From Klebsormidium nitens (Eukaryota > Plantae > Klebsormidiophyceae): DNA of 64,000 nt. Below the pieces are notes generated by a model, which was not told the DNA's origin, ran no database searches, and saw only the letters and a program-made list of their open reading frames with translations. A program made the position numbers and the translations under genes. Every line of letters starts with the position of its first letter. Positions within the stretch are counted from its first letter, which is position 1. Positions 1 to 13,700 of this stretch are shown one piece after another. The stretch spans positions 298,052 to 362,051 of the forward strand of contig DF236954.1 of NCBI GenBank assembly GCA_000708835.1, written 5' to 3'.

Positions 1-165
1 GTGCCATAATCAGCCTCTACTTACTTCACCCACTTATCGAAGACAAAGGACCCCAGCAAGCATAAGACCTCAGCGGCCAACAGACACACAAGAGCAGAAG
101 CAGAAACCCAACGAGAACCAAGGCTTATCGACCAAATAACACAGCAAAGTCGAACTCAATCTCAC

Positions 166-3100
166 CTTCAATCGCCTGTTCTTCGCCCTCCTCCCCGCCT
201 TCCCCCTCCCCCTTCTTGGAGTACTGCACCTGGTGCTCCGGAATATTGATATACACCGCGTCCTTGTCGTACAGCATTTCGCCGACGTCAGCCATCGGCG
301 CATACAGCAGTTTCTCCTTCTCGTTCAGCCCCCGCTTCTTGAGCGTCGACGGCAGCGGGCACGGGTCCGGCAGTGCGCTCACGCCCGCGAGCCGCTGGTC
401 GCCCACGCCCGCAATGTGTACCTGCACCGCGAAATTTAGGGACTTAAGTTCTATAACTTTGGAGTGTTGAAACTTTGGGAGCACGGGTCCGGCAGCGCGC
501 TTACGCCCGCGAGCCGCTAGTCGCCGGCGCCCGCAATTTGCACCTGCCGCGCAGAACAAGGTCGAATTTGATTCGCAAACTACGGAAACTCCAACTGAAG
601 CGAGTGCCCGAACTGCTTCGGCTTGCCGCCTGCTTATTGCAAAAAACCAAAGCGTCCCTTGTTTTCACCCAGAAACTCGATGTCGCCGTCGAAACCTGTG
701 TTAGATGTGGATCTCCGGTCGTCTCTCGGGTCATTAATTTGAGAATACAAGCTTTTTACTTGACGGAACGTCCAAGGCAAACAAAAGCACTTGCGAAGTC
801 CCGCAATCCAAAGCCGTCGTCAATGCCCGGGTATCAGGTCTCTTACCTTCAGGTTGGGCTTCAAGTTCGCTCCTCTCAGGTACCCGTACAGCGTAACCGA
901 CCGGTCACACTTTGGGTTAGCCCTGATGGCCTCCGGATCCGTAACGTCCTCAAACCGGTCCGCAATTAGGTACGGGTGAGCGGAGCGCCACGTCAGCGGC
1001 CGAAACTTGGCCACCGAGATGAAGCGCGCCAGGTTTAGCGTCTCCCGCTTGGAGTACCTAAGGGATCAAATGGAGTGTTGATACAAGGCCTAGAGGCTTC
1101 GAATGAGCGTCTTGTCCAGTCTGAGCGTGATAGCCTGCTTAAGACGTCACACCGCTGAGAAAGTAAGTCTGGACCCGACAAGGACTAGGCACTATATGTT
1201 CGATGATCAAGATCGGGTCTGCGGAGCCCGAAAAGTAGAAGCCTTGCATACGTTTAACCCAATGCTTCATAGTGATGCGACTCGCCCTTCTCTGCTGATG
1301 GAAGCTGCGTACGATATATCATCAGGTCTGCCCGCAGAAAGCTTGATGTAATGGTCTGCATGCAGCCGAAAGCAACCCTCTGGTTCAAGCCTCGCATCAA
1401 CCTGGAATGAACAATCTAATGACCTTTCTCCGTCCTCACGTTAGTGTGAAAAACGCCAAACTAGCTGCTCTTATGCAACTCCTACCTGCCGTGGACGAGC
1501 CCGCTGAGGTAGAAGAGCTTGGCCCCGTCGTAGATCTCGGTCCAGAAGCGCTGCTTGAGCCGCTTCTTGGTCTTGCGTAGCCGCTTCGGGTCCTTGAAGT
1601 GGTCCAGGTGCGTCAGAACGCCCATCACCTTGGGGAAACCGTGAACCTGCAGCAGAAAGTTCGGAGTGTTAAACACGTCCCAGGGGCAAATTTAAACACC
1701 TCCGCTTGACTTTTATTTTCTGGGGTTGCACCAAAGGAAAAAATGCCCGTCCCAATACTTGAAAGTGCTCATGCGGAGAGCTCCCCAAGCGAACTGTGCC
1801 ATAACGGAAATCCGGGCTGCTCGTGTCCCTGTCTTTGGCGTCAGAAGACCGTTGACATTTCTAAGGGTCCCCCTCAAAGTCTGCTCGATCATCGCCAAGG
1901 TGGCATCGTTCAATCACGCTTCGAGTGATAAAATTCCAGAGGAAGTCAGGACTGCCCTGGCAGAGATTCAAGGAAGGCACTGAGATCAGGAGACCGTTCA
2001 TAGGCAAGTCCCTTATTCGTCAATTTGTAAGATTCCAGAATTCTTGTACGGTCTTCGAACTAGCACTACCAGCATAACCCGGTTGTAGAACCTACTGCAT
2101 GAGGCAGGCGACCAGGAGGCAGTATGTGACTAGGCCTCTTTTGAGGATACAGAGAAGCCACGTTCCAAAGACATTCGGTGTAATGCGTCACAAAGGGGCG
2201 CAGCCATGAAAGGCACGTCCTTCATCCTTCTTCGACTAGGTGGCTTCACGTTGGTAAGCGCCTGAATGGGTTTCATGTAAAACCCAGCGTTGCCTTCGAT
2301 CACAGCCACCAGAACCAAAGCCTTAACCCGAAGTGAGTGCGTCCCGTCTGGGGAGGGAGTTGCAGGTGCACATCGAGAATTACAGCATCACTAAAAGCCC
2401 CTAGCAAGCAAGCATTACTGATGTACAGGTTGCTAATTTCGTAATTGTTGCCTGACCATTGGGTTACCCTCAGAGTTCCGCTGACGCATATGACTCCTTC
2501 CCAACTATTCAACCTCTAGGATGATTCGAATAATCTATCAGCAGGAAGTGAAAGACTAACAAGATTGTCAAAAGCCCGAGACCATCCGAATTTCAACTTG
2601 AAGCTTAGATCATGAATTTTAACCGACAGCAATAGACATTCCTGGTGGACCTCTGCACGTCATGCCAGATCGAAAAAGGCGCCTGATTACTGATCATGAC
2701 CAACCAAGCAGATTGGCAATAGGCAGTCCCCATACCATCTGATGTCAGGGTAAGGAAAACAAGCATTTGTAACGTCATCACCATCTATGGTCGAACCCGG
2801 TGGCTCTGAATAGACAACAAGCAGTCCTGAGGATAGCCCTCGACGTATTTCCAATCATGGCCATCATGCTTTCTACGTCCACAACAAATTCTCGAGCTAC
2901 TATAATGATAAGCGGCTGCTCAGAAACTGAGCTCAAGGGAGGCGATCGAACGACTCAACCCAATGCAAAACAAAAGACCGCCTGGCACAGAGTTTATAAG
3001 CGAAACCTGGATTTAACCCTCCAGTGTTTCCAAAAATGCTCTAGATGCAGCCATGACCGTCCGAACCATCTTGAGACAGCCAAAGCCTGATACATATCCA

Positions 3101-6100
3101 ACTATTACGCAGGTGTCAGCAAAGCGGCTGTGGGGGCAGGCTTTCACACAGGAGCTGACGCAAAAGCGGTTCACAAACTACAAATCAGCTCACAACATCT
3201 TGGCACTCCTCTGAACGAACAGCCTCAACAAAACTCTCGTCATGGCTGTCCGCACCAGAGAGGGTGAGATCGTCCCGAAGCCCTCGCACAAATATACCTT
3301 GCGAATTTGATAAGGGCCAAAGCTGGCGAGCTTGTGAAAGGACCGCTTCGTTTCATCATTTCAACAAAGACCAAACACTCGGAGAATCGTTGGAAAGGCC
3401 TCAGAATCATAAGCAAGTCCTTTCGGATACAGAAGCCGAATAAGCCCCCAGAAATATGAAACTAAAGCCTCACTGTTTGTCATCACGCCTGTCTTGTGCG
3501 GCTTGATTGCCACTTGTGCGGATTGAAATCCATCTAAGGAGGTTCAAACTCAAGAGACTGCTTGCCTTGTTGAGTAAGCAGCGGTGGCCCCGAACAGTTG
3601 TAAGAAGCCGCGAATTCGAACAAGGAAAGGGGGTTTGAAGAGCACCCCGGGGCTCAGCATCACCCAACATCAGCAAGAGTAGACAATATGTGATCTCACA
3701 TCCTTTCGAAAGCAAAATTGATACTTATACGCTTGGACTGTGAACTTCGACGTACTTTTTCTGATTCTGTCGTCAGGAAACGGCTTCAAAGGCACACCCG
3801 AAAAGCAGCGGTGAGCAAAGAGTCTCACACTGCACCTCATCAAAGCCACGTAGAAACGACAGTGTCTTGTTGAAGAAACTCATGCAGGAAAGAAAAGGGG
3901 GCTACCCTTCTTCTTCGACAAAGACCTACCTAAAATCCTGCGATAACCTTAAAATCCTGCGATAACCTCAAACAGGTGGGCAAGCCGGAGCCCGGAACGA
4001 GCTGACGATAACTGGTAAAAGTGTGAAAGATTCGTGCCTTTTTAAAGTCCTGGACAGGGTGTCTGGTATGGATCTTGTCTACGACGGGAGTGCCGCAAAT
4101 TGTTGCTTACTTTCCAAATCGTACGGATTCCTTGCAAGCGGTCCGAGTTGCATTACACATTGAACACTTTCCTTGATCCCGCTGTTGGCTTTCTATCCGT
4201 TGACCTGATCCGAGATACTTGGGCAAGGAGCATTGCCAGATAAGAGGGCCAGATCAGTCACGTGGCTAACGCCTCCATATCAAACAGGCTTTCTCAAAGA
4301 CTGGACTATCAGCTTCCGATCTTGGGCTCAACTCCAATCTTGGAAAGCGAGCCGGTTGGGAGAATGTTGTGAAGAGCCAGTCTTTGCTCTGAAGCCAGCA
4401 AACGGATTCACTGCAAGGGCAGTGAATGGTCCTGAAATCTAAACTAACAGGTAGCCCAAGGCAAAGACTGACTTGTTAAAAAGATCAAGGCACCGCTAAA
4501 GGAAGGAAAATCTGGAGTACGAACCAAGGTGGCTTGCTTAGCTTCCAAAAAGACATCCGCCTCGGCTCGACCTTCTTCAGCGACTCCGCATGACAAGGTA
4601 GAGCTGGGTTCAGCATACGCTGCCCATGCACGCCAAACTATCATAGTCGCATCGGCAGGATCGCAACAAGGAACCACGCGAAAATTCATGCACCGAACTT
4701 GCCTGTACGACCAGGCAAATGACCCAATACTAGTGCGACTGAACCCTTTACCCTCCACCTTGCCCACAAATCTCAGGGCAATCGCGGCATGAACTGGCTG
4801 ACGAGTTTCAAGAACTTCTGACACGATAAGACCCATAGAACTCACTATGATTTAAAAAGGGGAAATAATCGGGGTAGAGAAACACCTTCCAATATGACGA
4901 AGATTAGATCCAAGCAGACCTTGCAAGAGAAAAAGGGCAGCCCGCTGCCGACCCTTACCTGCAGAATGTTGAGGAACTCGAATGTCTCCATCTCGAACCC
5001 GTACCCCCCGTCAATCAGGAGCAGCACCAGGTCTGCAAACTTGGCGGCGTCGATCATGGCGTTCAGGTCATTCTCGCACTCGATGAACTGCAGCCGCCGG
5101 TGTTTCCCTGCAGACATCCAGATATTCTTTGAGGACGAAACGTTCTTGTCGGTTTTCGGCTGAGTTTTGGGATTGGTGGTTCAGAGCCCGGAAGCTAGCC
5201 CCTGCCAACCTCATGAAGAGCGTGCAGTTATTTGCTTCAGGAACTCGACGACTCGTCTTGCAGAGTAGGGCAGGCACGTGAAACCGCCAGCCTAAAAGCT
5301 TCGCCCCTGCCACTGCTCTCTGGACTGTCAGAGCGCGGACAAGGAGAATAAGTCTTCGCACAATCGGAACCGGGGACACTGTTGGCCGGAGTCGAGTCTG
5401 GCGCGACGGCAGTGATCCCAGCCCTCGATGCTTCCCTAGACTCAAATCTGACGGCCTCTAAGTTCTGCCTCGGAAACCACGTCTGAGGCACAACCTGTGC
5501 AGGTTCTACCCAGAATGTCATCTGGACCGTCCGATTGGGTTTCTTTAAACATCTGACGGATAGAACAAGCGGAAACCTCAGCGACCCCACCTTTCCAACA
5601 GCGTCCCCGGTTCCGATTGTGCGAAGACTTATTCTCCTTGTCCGGCGCTCTCTCAACAATTTTGTCAAGTTCCAACAAAGGACGTTTGCGATAGCAGTGG
5701 GACAATCAGCAGGCCAAACAAGAGAAACCAAAACTTCATACACTAGCGTTCAAAGACACTAACAAAGAGCGATTCGTCTCCTAGCACTTCCCCCTCGATT
5801 ACGCCCAGATCTTAGAGAAACTGGAGCACCTTCCCACCTGAAACTACTGTGATTGGCCCCTTGACGTCCGACAGGTTCATCTTCGTGTAATGCTTGATAA
5901 GCGACTGGATGACCGTCGTCTTTCCCACTTTGGGGGGGCCTTGAACCACCACTACAAAAGGGGGCGGCTCCTCAGGGGTCCTGTCAACGACGGGGGCATG
6001 GAGGCTCCGCTGCTCTTTTTCTGCGGTGCGAGCCTGGCTGGCCCGCGCCCTTCGAGCGGACCGATAGGTGAACGCCTGAAAAGACGAGGATGCGACTCTG

Positions 6101-7198
6101 GTTGAGGGACAAAATGGTGCAGACAAGAACCATTTTAGTAGACGTTTTTGTTTCAGCGCTGTCAGTGACAACTTTCTGGCGCCAATGTGAGTGTGAGGCA
6201 CAAATGTTGATTTGGAAGCGGACATGAAATCATACACACCTCCACTGGAAAGTGAGAGCTAGTTACTAGGAAGGAGGGTTTGTCAGAAGCAAGAGGAGAA
6301 ACAACAAACGGACTGGTGTCCGAGCCCCTCATAGTTTTATCCGGAATATCATGCACGGTGAAGTCAAGCAATCACCTGATAAGATTCTGCCTAACTGGGC
6401 CCCATCTCAAGTTTTCGAAGGGACCAAAGCAAAACACTTCGGTTGCCCCCTTCAGTCTCTGACGTTGAAATATCTGACTTAGAACTTGGAAAGTGTATTG
6501 AGAAAGTGTGGCGTCAACATGGCCTCCGTGTAACGTCGACAGGGCCTCCGCAATAATGCTCCAAGCCTTCAAAAACACAGAAATGGACGTGCACTCTCGA
6601 TTCAAACAAAAGTTCAGCGGTGATTTTTGCACAGAAGTCAACAAGAAACTGCTCAAGTCTACTGGGAATTTCACACCACCATTACCATCATGATAAGCTT
6701 CCCACCAATTGGGAGGGCAGACAATGCTTACAATCATCGAAACTAAAGGCCTCGAGAAGGAACTTTCGTTAGCTGCTTCCGAGGATATTGAAGTCAAGAG
6801 TTCAGATATGCTCACGGTGGCAGAAAGTAGATAACAAAGTCTCAAACGTTCGGCAGTGTGACAAACTTTCCGCCTAGCGTAAACTTGCTTTGTTCGAGCA
6901 TCATGATCCACAAAACGTACACAATGAAGCTGATCTCTGCCCCAATTATTTTTGCGTTGTCTTGATAACACTTCACTCGGAATGCATATGATCACTTCCA
7001 ACCTCGCCTCACCTTTGGATTTTCCCTGTCTGTCGACAGACCCCTCTTCTTCTTGTCTTGCAACTTTTTCTTCTCAGCAGAGGGGCCAGCCAGCTTGCCC
7101 CGATGCGCCTTCTTCTTATCCTCTGCCGATGCCCCCTGCATCGTAGACTGCATCTGAGCCCCCGCCCGGCCCCCCGGAATCTTTTCTCGGGGTGCCAT
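166..7198 (-). CDS. BMS1: Ribosome biogenesis GTPase BMS1, first 6 exons; gene continues past the left edge. Exons 7198-7013, 6075-5838, 5107-4959, 1646-1486, 1057-847, 421-166
   Basis: Spliced translation gives ENPK|AF...PPPFVVVVQGPPKVGKTTVIQSLIKHYTK...GKHRRLQFIECENDLNAMIDAAKFADLVLLLIDGGYGFEMETFEFLNILQ|VHGFPKVMGVLTHLD...LYAPMADVGEMLYDKDAVYI, the hallmark BMS1 G-domain. All introns are GT-AG with consistent phases. Confidence 0.97.
475..550 (-). repeat. Intronic echo of BMS1 exon 6 acceptor and first about 21 codons
   Basis: cag|GTG CAA ATT GCG GGC GCC GGC GAC TAG... versus real cag|GTA CAC ATT GCG GGC GTG GGC GAC CAG; offset 122 bp. Confidence 0.92.
5330..5651. repeat. Inverted repeat (arms 5330-5385 and 5595-5651, 209-bp loop) in BMS1 intron 2; MITE-like
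   Basis: Arms gagcgcggacaaggagaataagtcttcgcacaatcggaaccggggacactgttgg and its reverse complement differ by 1 mismatch and 1 indel. No clear target-site duplication. Confidence 0.9.
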
Positions 7199-7710
7199 TG
7201 CTGCCCCTCAGCAGGCTAGCCTTTTGCAGCTGAGAATGCAACGCTGCCAAAGTGCAAGGTCACAACTCCTCCATGGGGCGCCTTTTCTCTTTACTTCCCC
7301 TCTCTCTTCCCCTCTGCAACTTGTTGGTCAATACACCAATGGCAAGATACACTGTTGTACAAAAGGAGTTTTCAAGCTTGAGGAAGATGGTTGGTTAAAA
7401 GAAGGTTACCCCAACGGTTTCCTCGGCGGCAGCCGGCTTTGAGCGGCACTCGGCTAGAATGAGCATTTCCGTGACCGTTACCAGAAGCTTTAGCAAACCC
7501 TGATTCCTACATACGTCTGTTGCTTAACCATCTTCCTGGACAAGAAAGGAAAGTTGCTGAACTCTGCACAGCTCAGAACGCACTCTGCTACTACTAGACT
7601 TTGGTCGTGGTGGCGCGCAGACAAGGAGGGTGCATGTTACGGAAGACACATTTGGAAGGTTGGAACAGGGGAAGCAAAGTTGGTAGGGGCACGACAAGGA
7701 AGCAGTCCCA

Positions 7711-10700
7711 ATGGAATCCGTTGCGCAGTTGCTCAATGGCCCCTCGTGCAGCAGAGTTATTGCAACGTTTGAAACCAACAGCTATACAAATGTCCCCTCG
7801 TTGGGAGGCACATCTACTTCTGGTTACTGCCACCCCTCCCATCAGAGCCCGCACTTTCCACACCTCCCTAAATTTCAGCACTCCTTTCACCTTCCCACTT
7901 TCCAGCCTCAGTGCCATTCGAGCTCAACTCCCTGTTTCTGGAATCACAGATTACCCCGTTCAAATGCGCTTGGTAAAGCCACTCCTCGACAGCATGCTTC
8001 CGCGTCTCCCCTCGCATCATCTCTTACCACTCCCCTTGTCTCTGCTGGCCAATCAGGTATCTTTGGCAAAAGTCTAGAACATTTACAATGTCTGCAAAGA
8101 CAAAGTAGAGGACAGACAAGGCGAGGAGGCGCTCTATTGACGACCAGTGCAATGCAGATGACACGCTTGAAACCGCCAGAGGAGATGGCGGCGCCACCAG
8201 GACAGAAGCAGTTGGGGTATCCGCAGCACGTCAAGTTTGCAATTGACGAGATTTGCGAGCTGGCGCCGCGCGCGTCGCTGGCGAAAGCAATGGGAAACAT
8301 TCAGGTGCGTGGTTATCTGCTGGTGTTTGCTGGTACCTGCCGTATGACATATAAGATACAGTCAGATCGACTACATTTCTTCTGTGAAGCTCGGAAAGAA
8401 AAATGGATGTGTGCATTGCGAAGGTGTACCATCATCTCAATTCAAGGGTGGCGCCTTCGTTCGGAATCTAGTTATGACAAGACCTGAGAACTTTATTTAA
8501 CCACCATCGTCTGGAAGCGGGCCATCATAGAGACAAACATCCATGAGGTCTATTCTTTCCTCCTTGTTTCCTTCCGCAGACAGGTTGTGAGTTTTTGACA
8601 TGACTTATTTGATGGCCCCAGATTCTATACAGAGGTAACAGACTACACCTGCCTTACATAGATTCGTACAGTGTATCTTGGGGAAGAAGTTTCTTCCTTG
8701 CACCACCGGTGGGCAGCTTACGGTTTAAGCCTTACAAAGTTATTTGCCAGTTACCCACACCTCCCATTACTGACAATCACCATCGTAGTTTTGGTTGAAG
8801 TCGCAAGTATGCAAGTTTTTACAGAGAGAGCCAGTCTGAACAGACAAGAGAGGACATGCATAGGACGGAGAAAATTGCTTACGCATCGTTCCTGCAACTG
8901 AAGAAGTCCCCCAGCAGCTTGTTCAAAGGATTGATTGCTTGTGCAGTCGAGGTTGGCCCCAATTAATGCGACCAGAACACAATTCTCGTCCAAACGAAGT
9001 TGTCTCCCAGCGCCTGACAACATGTCTTTTCGAGAAGATGCACATTCCATTCCCCCAGGTCCCAATATCTTTAAATTGAAGAGCCAGGTGACCCGTTTTC
9101 CAAGCAGATTTCTCAAAAGTCGATATAGCCTCCAACTTTAATCTCTGCTCCTGCAGACGAACAGTTCATTAGCGACTGGCTGTGTGTGTTCAAGGAGCTG
9201 CAACGTCCATCCTCCGGCTGCCAAAATGAGATTGGAAAGTACTTCGACTTCGTCAATTTGATTTGTAATTATGTTACTTCAGTCTTCTCCAATGTGTTTT
9301 TTTACTTTTGCAGACGAAGCTGTCCCCCGGCGACTGGCAGTACGTGTTCAAAGAGCTCCAGCAGCGACGCGATTGGCAGCGCGCCTCGCGCGTCTTCAAG
9401 TACATGCAGCGCCAGCCAATTAACCAGCCAACGGAGCACCTCTACACCCTCATGATGTCCATTTTCGGGCGCGAGGGCATGCTAGACAAGGTGGGAACCT
9501 GTTTCTTTGTTCAATCTCTAATTTTCTGTGCTTCAGCCCCTGGCACAGGGTTCTCTTTCGTGAAAGGAATCTTTAACGAGTATATTGAAGCCTGAAGCGT
9601 AACATCCCACATACGTAGTAAGCTCAAACGGCTTTCGCGAAAGTGGAGCATCTACTCGTGGGACTGTCGAGACAGCGGAAGACGTTAGCTGGCAAGTTTT
9701 GAGGAGCTTCGGCGCTGGTCTGAAGAGGCTGATTTTGCAAGTGTTATCCGGACTGAGCCTGCCGAAAAGACAGGGGCTTTGGTGACCAACTCCTCGAACC
9801 TCCTTGATTGCCGCAGGCCCAGGAGGTGTTTGACGAGATGCCGCGGTACGGCGTCCCGCGCAACGTGTACTCGTACACGGCGCTGATCAACGCGTACGGC
9901 AAGAACGCGCAGTACCCACGCAGCCTGGAGCTGCTGGCCGACATGAAGCGCGCGCGCATCATGCCCAACGTCGTCACGTACAACACCATCATCAACGCCT
10001 GCGCCAAGGTCAGCTTTTTACTTATTGAGCTTGTATCTTGGGGAGCACAGATTTATCTCCGCCCACAACACCATCATCGACGCATCCGCCAAGGTCAGCT
10101 TTTCGCAATTGGAATCTCGAGAAATGCGGATTTTATTCAGTGGGGAGAGGAGGTCGATAGGAGGTCGGTTTTGCACATTTAAGGCGGGCATGCGGTGCCT
10201 CGACTGCTGATATCTTTGCAATTTCTGCAAGAAAGGTCGAGATTTTTAAGGTTCCTGTCGGCAACCAGAAGTCGCTTTGGTGGGCGCGTCGAGCAGTGGA
10301 AAACCTTCTGGCCCGCATGATATGACCCCTCGCTTCGTTTCAAATGGCTGTGACAAGTATTCGCAAAAGCTGAGATGTTCAATGGTCCAGAATTATGCCC
10401 TGGACATATTTGGCCGATTTGGCACTTCAAGACTGTACAACGGTCCAACGACGTTCTCTACATAGAATTCCATACGCTTCTCGCTTCTTGGCTTCTCCAA
10501 CGCGGGGGGGTAAAAATTGGGAGGGCCTGCTAGACCTCTTTGGCCAAATGCGGCACAGTCGACTATTATCAGTAAGTCCAGACATGTACTCTGGATGGAA
10601 AAGAATTACTGAGTCCAAGTGAGGTCTCTTGCAGGGGGGCTACGAGTGGGAGGGCCTTCTGGACCTGTTTGGCCAGATGCGCCACGAGGGCATCCAGCCG

Positions 10701-13700
10701 GACTTGATTACTTACAACACGCTGATCGCGGCGTGCGCTGACCGGGGGCTGCTGGAGCAAGCGGGGATGATCTTCAAGGTCATGATTGAAGCAGGGTGAG
10801 CAGCGCTTTTGGTCAATGGTAGATTCGATATGAGCTACACTCTCGAGTAGACGTTGTTCCGCTTTTTGATACCAGGTCGCGTGTTTTTCGAACTTGGTCA
10901 GGCCCAATGCTACAAAAAGACATCCTTCAGAAGCTCGTAGGCTTCTTTCAGTCAGTCAATTCTTATGCCCGCTATCTAAGCGCCTTCAACCCTTCTTTGA
11001 ACCTGGAACAGGTGAGTCCCCGACACCTTGACGTACACATCGCTGATGGCTGCATTTCCATCCGAGGAGCGGTTAACTTACATGGTGGACCTTCTTTCCT
11101 TAACCACAATGGGCATTGTTCTAACCCCGTCCTGACGCACCCTTAACCCTGCTCTTGATTCGCGACAGGTGCATCCCCGACACTTAGGGCTCCACATTGT
11201 TATTGGCTGCATTCTCCCCCACGAGCTGTTAAGTACATGGCGGACCCTTCGTTTCAGAATGGACCTTGTTTTATTTCCGTCCTAACGTACACCTAACCTT
11301 GCTCTAAACCTTCTCAACAGGTGCATCCCTGACACGTAACCTACACGTCGCTGATGGCTGCGTTCTTACGCTCCGAGGAGCGTTACAATACAGATGGCGG
11401 ACCTTCATTTTCAACTCGTGTGGACCTTGTCGTAACCCCCTGTTAACGCACCTCTAACCCCTGCTCTTAACCGTCGACAGGTGCATACCCGACACGCTAA
11501 CCTACACGTCCCTGATGGCCGCCTTCTCTTCTGAGGAGCGGTATAACGACATGGCGGACCTGCTCTTCTGGATGGAGGACGTGGGCACCCTCCCTGACGT
11601 CACTGCTTACAACATCCTCATCAACGCTTACGGCAAGGTGAGGACACGGCTTTGATCTTCCACTGCTCGTTTCTACCACCAAGCCCAGTGTCGGAGAGTT
11701 TCAGAAAGGGCGTAAGTGGGACTCGGTTGAGGTATGTGTGACATCCCTTTAAGATCATGTATTCATTGCCTGTCTCAACGCCTTGTGGGCTGCTTTCGCC
11801 CGTGACACGAGATTGCATCTCATACTTCTTTTGGCTGCTAACGATGCGGGCACTTCACCTTATCGAGAGCAGATTTGAGTAAGCTTTCCTTCCTCAGGCC
11901 GGCCAGAAGTGCGAGGCGGTGGCGACGTTCAAAGGCATGAAGCGCGCGGGCGGAATAATGAATAATAATTCGAAAAATAAGCTACTGAATCCTCAAGGCG
12001 CTTCGCTCGTAAGTGCGTTAAGCGCTTGGCATACATTCTAACTGCTTTCAATCTGACGGTTGAACTTTTCATCTCACAGGCCGGCCAGTTCCGTGAGGCG
12101 TCGGCGGCGTTTAAGCGCACGAAGCACGGTGGCGTGATGACGATTGAACGACTTTAAGCACTTTGCTTCTGACTGATCTTCAGCTTCGCATTCAAATACT
12201 ATTGGATCTGACGGTTGAAACGTTCATCTCACAGGCCGGCCAGTTCCGTGAGGCGTCGGCGACATTCAAGCGCATGAAGCGCGCCGGTGTGTCGCCGACT
12301 GTCGTCACGTACTCCACGCTTTTGGACGCTTTGGGCAAGTACGGACAGTACGAGAGTGTCCGAGAGATCTTCCGGGAGATGGTGGCGTCCGAATGCGCGC
12401 CGAACGTGGTGACGTTTAACACGATGATCGACGCATTTGGGCGGGGGGGGCACTACAAGGAGGCGGTGGATCTGTTTGAGAGCATGGAGGAGACGGGAGT
12501 GGAGGCGGACCACATCACATACAAGTGAGCGCTTTATATTCGATCCGTTACACCATTTGAGGGTTTTGAATCTTGAGAATGGGCAATCTCATAACTTGAT
12601 CATCAAGTTTGTGCTTGAAGTTTTGGAGAGTGAAACATGTGAATGAGGCACTGAATTTGTTCGGCAGCTGTCGGGGGAGAAGGGGTAAAAGCCGAGATCA
12701 CATTGCCTCCCTAAGTAAGCCCCCTCTAAGCATATCCAAGTTTCTGGAACCCTGGAAAGTTTGTTATCGATGTAAGAGTGGCAAGCGGCCGGTCTTGAAA
12801 GAGTCGTCCGACTTCCAACCCTAGCCTCGAAAGTCCTAAAGCTTCGTCGGGCGGACAATTTCTAAGGTCTTCTGGTGTTGGCATATGCCGCCTCCCAGGG
12901 GCCTGCTGGGCTTGCGGGATGGGCGGCTCACGAGAGAGGCGGCGAACGTGGAGCAAGCGCTCGGTTCAACAATCGAGGTCTCCTTGCTTCCAATCCTAAT
13001 CTTCAAAGTATCACAACTGCTGAAGATCTACTGACTTTTGACTTCTGTCATTCTAGCAGGGTTCTGTTGGCGGCTTGCGGGAATGGCTGGGCGGGTTCGC
13101 GAGAGGTGCGGCAAAGCCTTTGCTCTGCACCTTCCGACTCTCTACCCCAAATCATCAGTAAGAACATGTCATCAGCGCCAATGTCATCGGCGCAATTTGC
13201 TAAAGGTCTGCTGACTCTATATTCCCAGGATTTGTTGGCGGCCTGCGGAATGGGCGGGCTAGCGAGAGACGCGGCGAAGCTGGAGCAAGCGCTCACTTTA
13301 CTAAGTTTCCTCTCGCTGCCACTCCAAACCCCAAAAGCGTACTACTGCTGAAGGTCTACTCACTGTCAGGGTTTGTCACTTCCCAGGGGTTTGTTGGCGG
13401 CCTGTGGCATGGGTGGGCTAGCGGTCGAAGCCTTTACTTTCTCAAATTCTACTCTAACTCTGAAAGTTCTTGAGTTTATTGAGTGCAGACCGCTAAAGCG
13501 CTAAAGGTGTACTGACCTTGACTTCCCAGGGGTTTGTTGGCGGCCTGCGGGATGGGCGGGCTAGCGCGAGATGCGGCGAAGCTGGAGCGGCACATTCGGC
13601 GGCGCGGTTTCCCTGCGACGGTGGACATGTACAACAGCATGATCGAGGCCTACTCGAAAGCGGCCCTGTACGAGGAGGCGCTCAGCGTGCTGGACGGGAT

